A stretch of 63,861 nucleotides of DNA, the filler included, from Sphacelaria rigidula (lineage: Eukaryota): assembly GCA_964200075.2 (NCBI GenBank). It is 5 parts of 5 records of this genome, joined end to end, with 100 filler letters (N's around TTAATTAATTAA, not from the genome) between each part and the next. Parts side by side here need not be neighbours in the genome. Positions count along the whole stretch, not along the records: positions 51,172 to 63,861 come from CAXNAA020003497.1; 4 more parts are not named here. The stretch is one strand, 5' to 3'. The notes below the pieces were generated by a model. The model was not told where the DNA came from and did not search any database. It saw only the letters and a list, made by a program, of their open reading frames with translations. Both the position numbers and the translations under genes were made by a program. Numbering within the stretch: position 1 is the first letter of the stretch; each line of letters opens with the position of its first letter. Of the stretch, positions 63,371-63,861 are shown piece after piece.

Positions 63371-63861
63371 AAAATTCCGCATTTCAGGCAGTCGATACCC
63401 TTGGTGCCTCCAAATACGCTTGTTTCTGACAGCCGACACCTCGAGTAGCTCGGGGTACATTGCCCTATCCCAACCACCTTGGGATTTCTGTCTACGGAAA
63501 GCTCGATGCAACGGACTACGGGTTCGGCGAAAATATGGCTCATGTGGCGTTGATGAACAACACGGCACACACGTGGCACAGGATAAGGGTGCGCGAGTAG
63601 TGCGTCTCTGCAAAGATGGAGATACGTCTAGACAGCACAGCTTACTTTCCCGATATTCGCAGAGAGTATCAGCAGTGAAGATTTCTTTAGATGACAAAAT
63701 GAAAAGCCTCGATCCTTTCTGATCAAACGACACCACTAAAGACACTTCCTACGATTGACCCCCTGCCCCCCCAAAACCAACAAATGAGTACTGTAGCCAA
63801 AATACACCAAGGCGTAGTAGATGTAGCATGTAGGATCCTGGATGATGACCAGGGGACAAGG

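Noticed and set aside
63293-63745. Upstream exon of the Nth-like gene
   Set aside because: No frame resembles HhH-GPD N-terminal helices, and the ORF partly overlaps a MITE.

Overview
This is eukaryotic, intron-rich, transposon-dense DNA. Gene architecture and repeat landscape suggest a brown alga (Phaeophyceae); this is an inference. The window is not one locus. It is five contigs of descending length (12695, 12693, 12692, 12691, 12690 bp) joined by identical 100-nt N44-TTAATTAATTAA-N44 linkers, so nothing should be linked across the gaps. Contig 1 has five phase-consistent exons of a PRRC2/BAT2-like low-complexity protein with a PAM2 motif, plus TIR elements in its introns. Contig 2 has seven exons of a sulfotransferase with a large His/acidic insertion, and a decayed tyrosine-recombinase retroelement with A-B-A-B split direct repeats. 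Contig 3 has four exons of a TPR protein and a 4.0-kb RT-less Copia element inserted in a LINE tail. Contig 4 has the end of a UBZ zinc-finger gene and a decayed Gypsy element whose integrase carries a chromodomain followed by a second PWWP/Tudor-like domain. Contig 5 has the end of a coiled-coil/polyQ gene, nested MITEs, a 44-bp-stem hairpin, and the last exon of an Endonuclease III-like HhH protein lacking its catalytic residues. A roughly 257-bp MITE with GAG termini and 4-bp TSDs (Sola2-like) occurs on three contigs. No CRISPR array, rRNA or intact tRNA was seen. All family assignments come from motif recognition by eye, not database searches.
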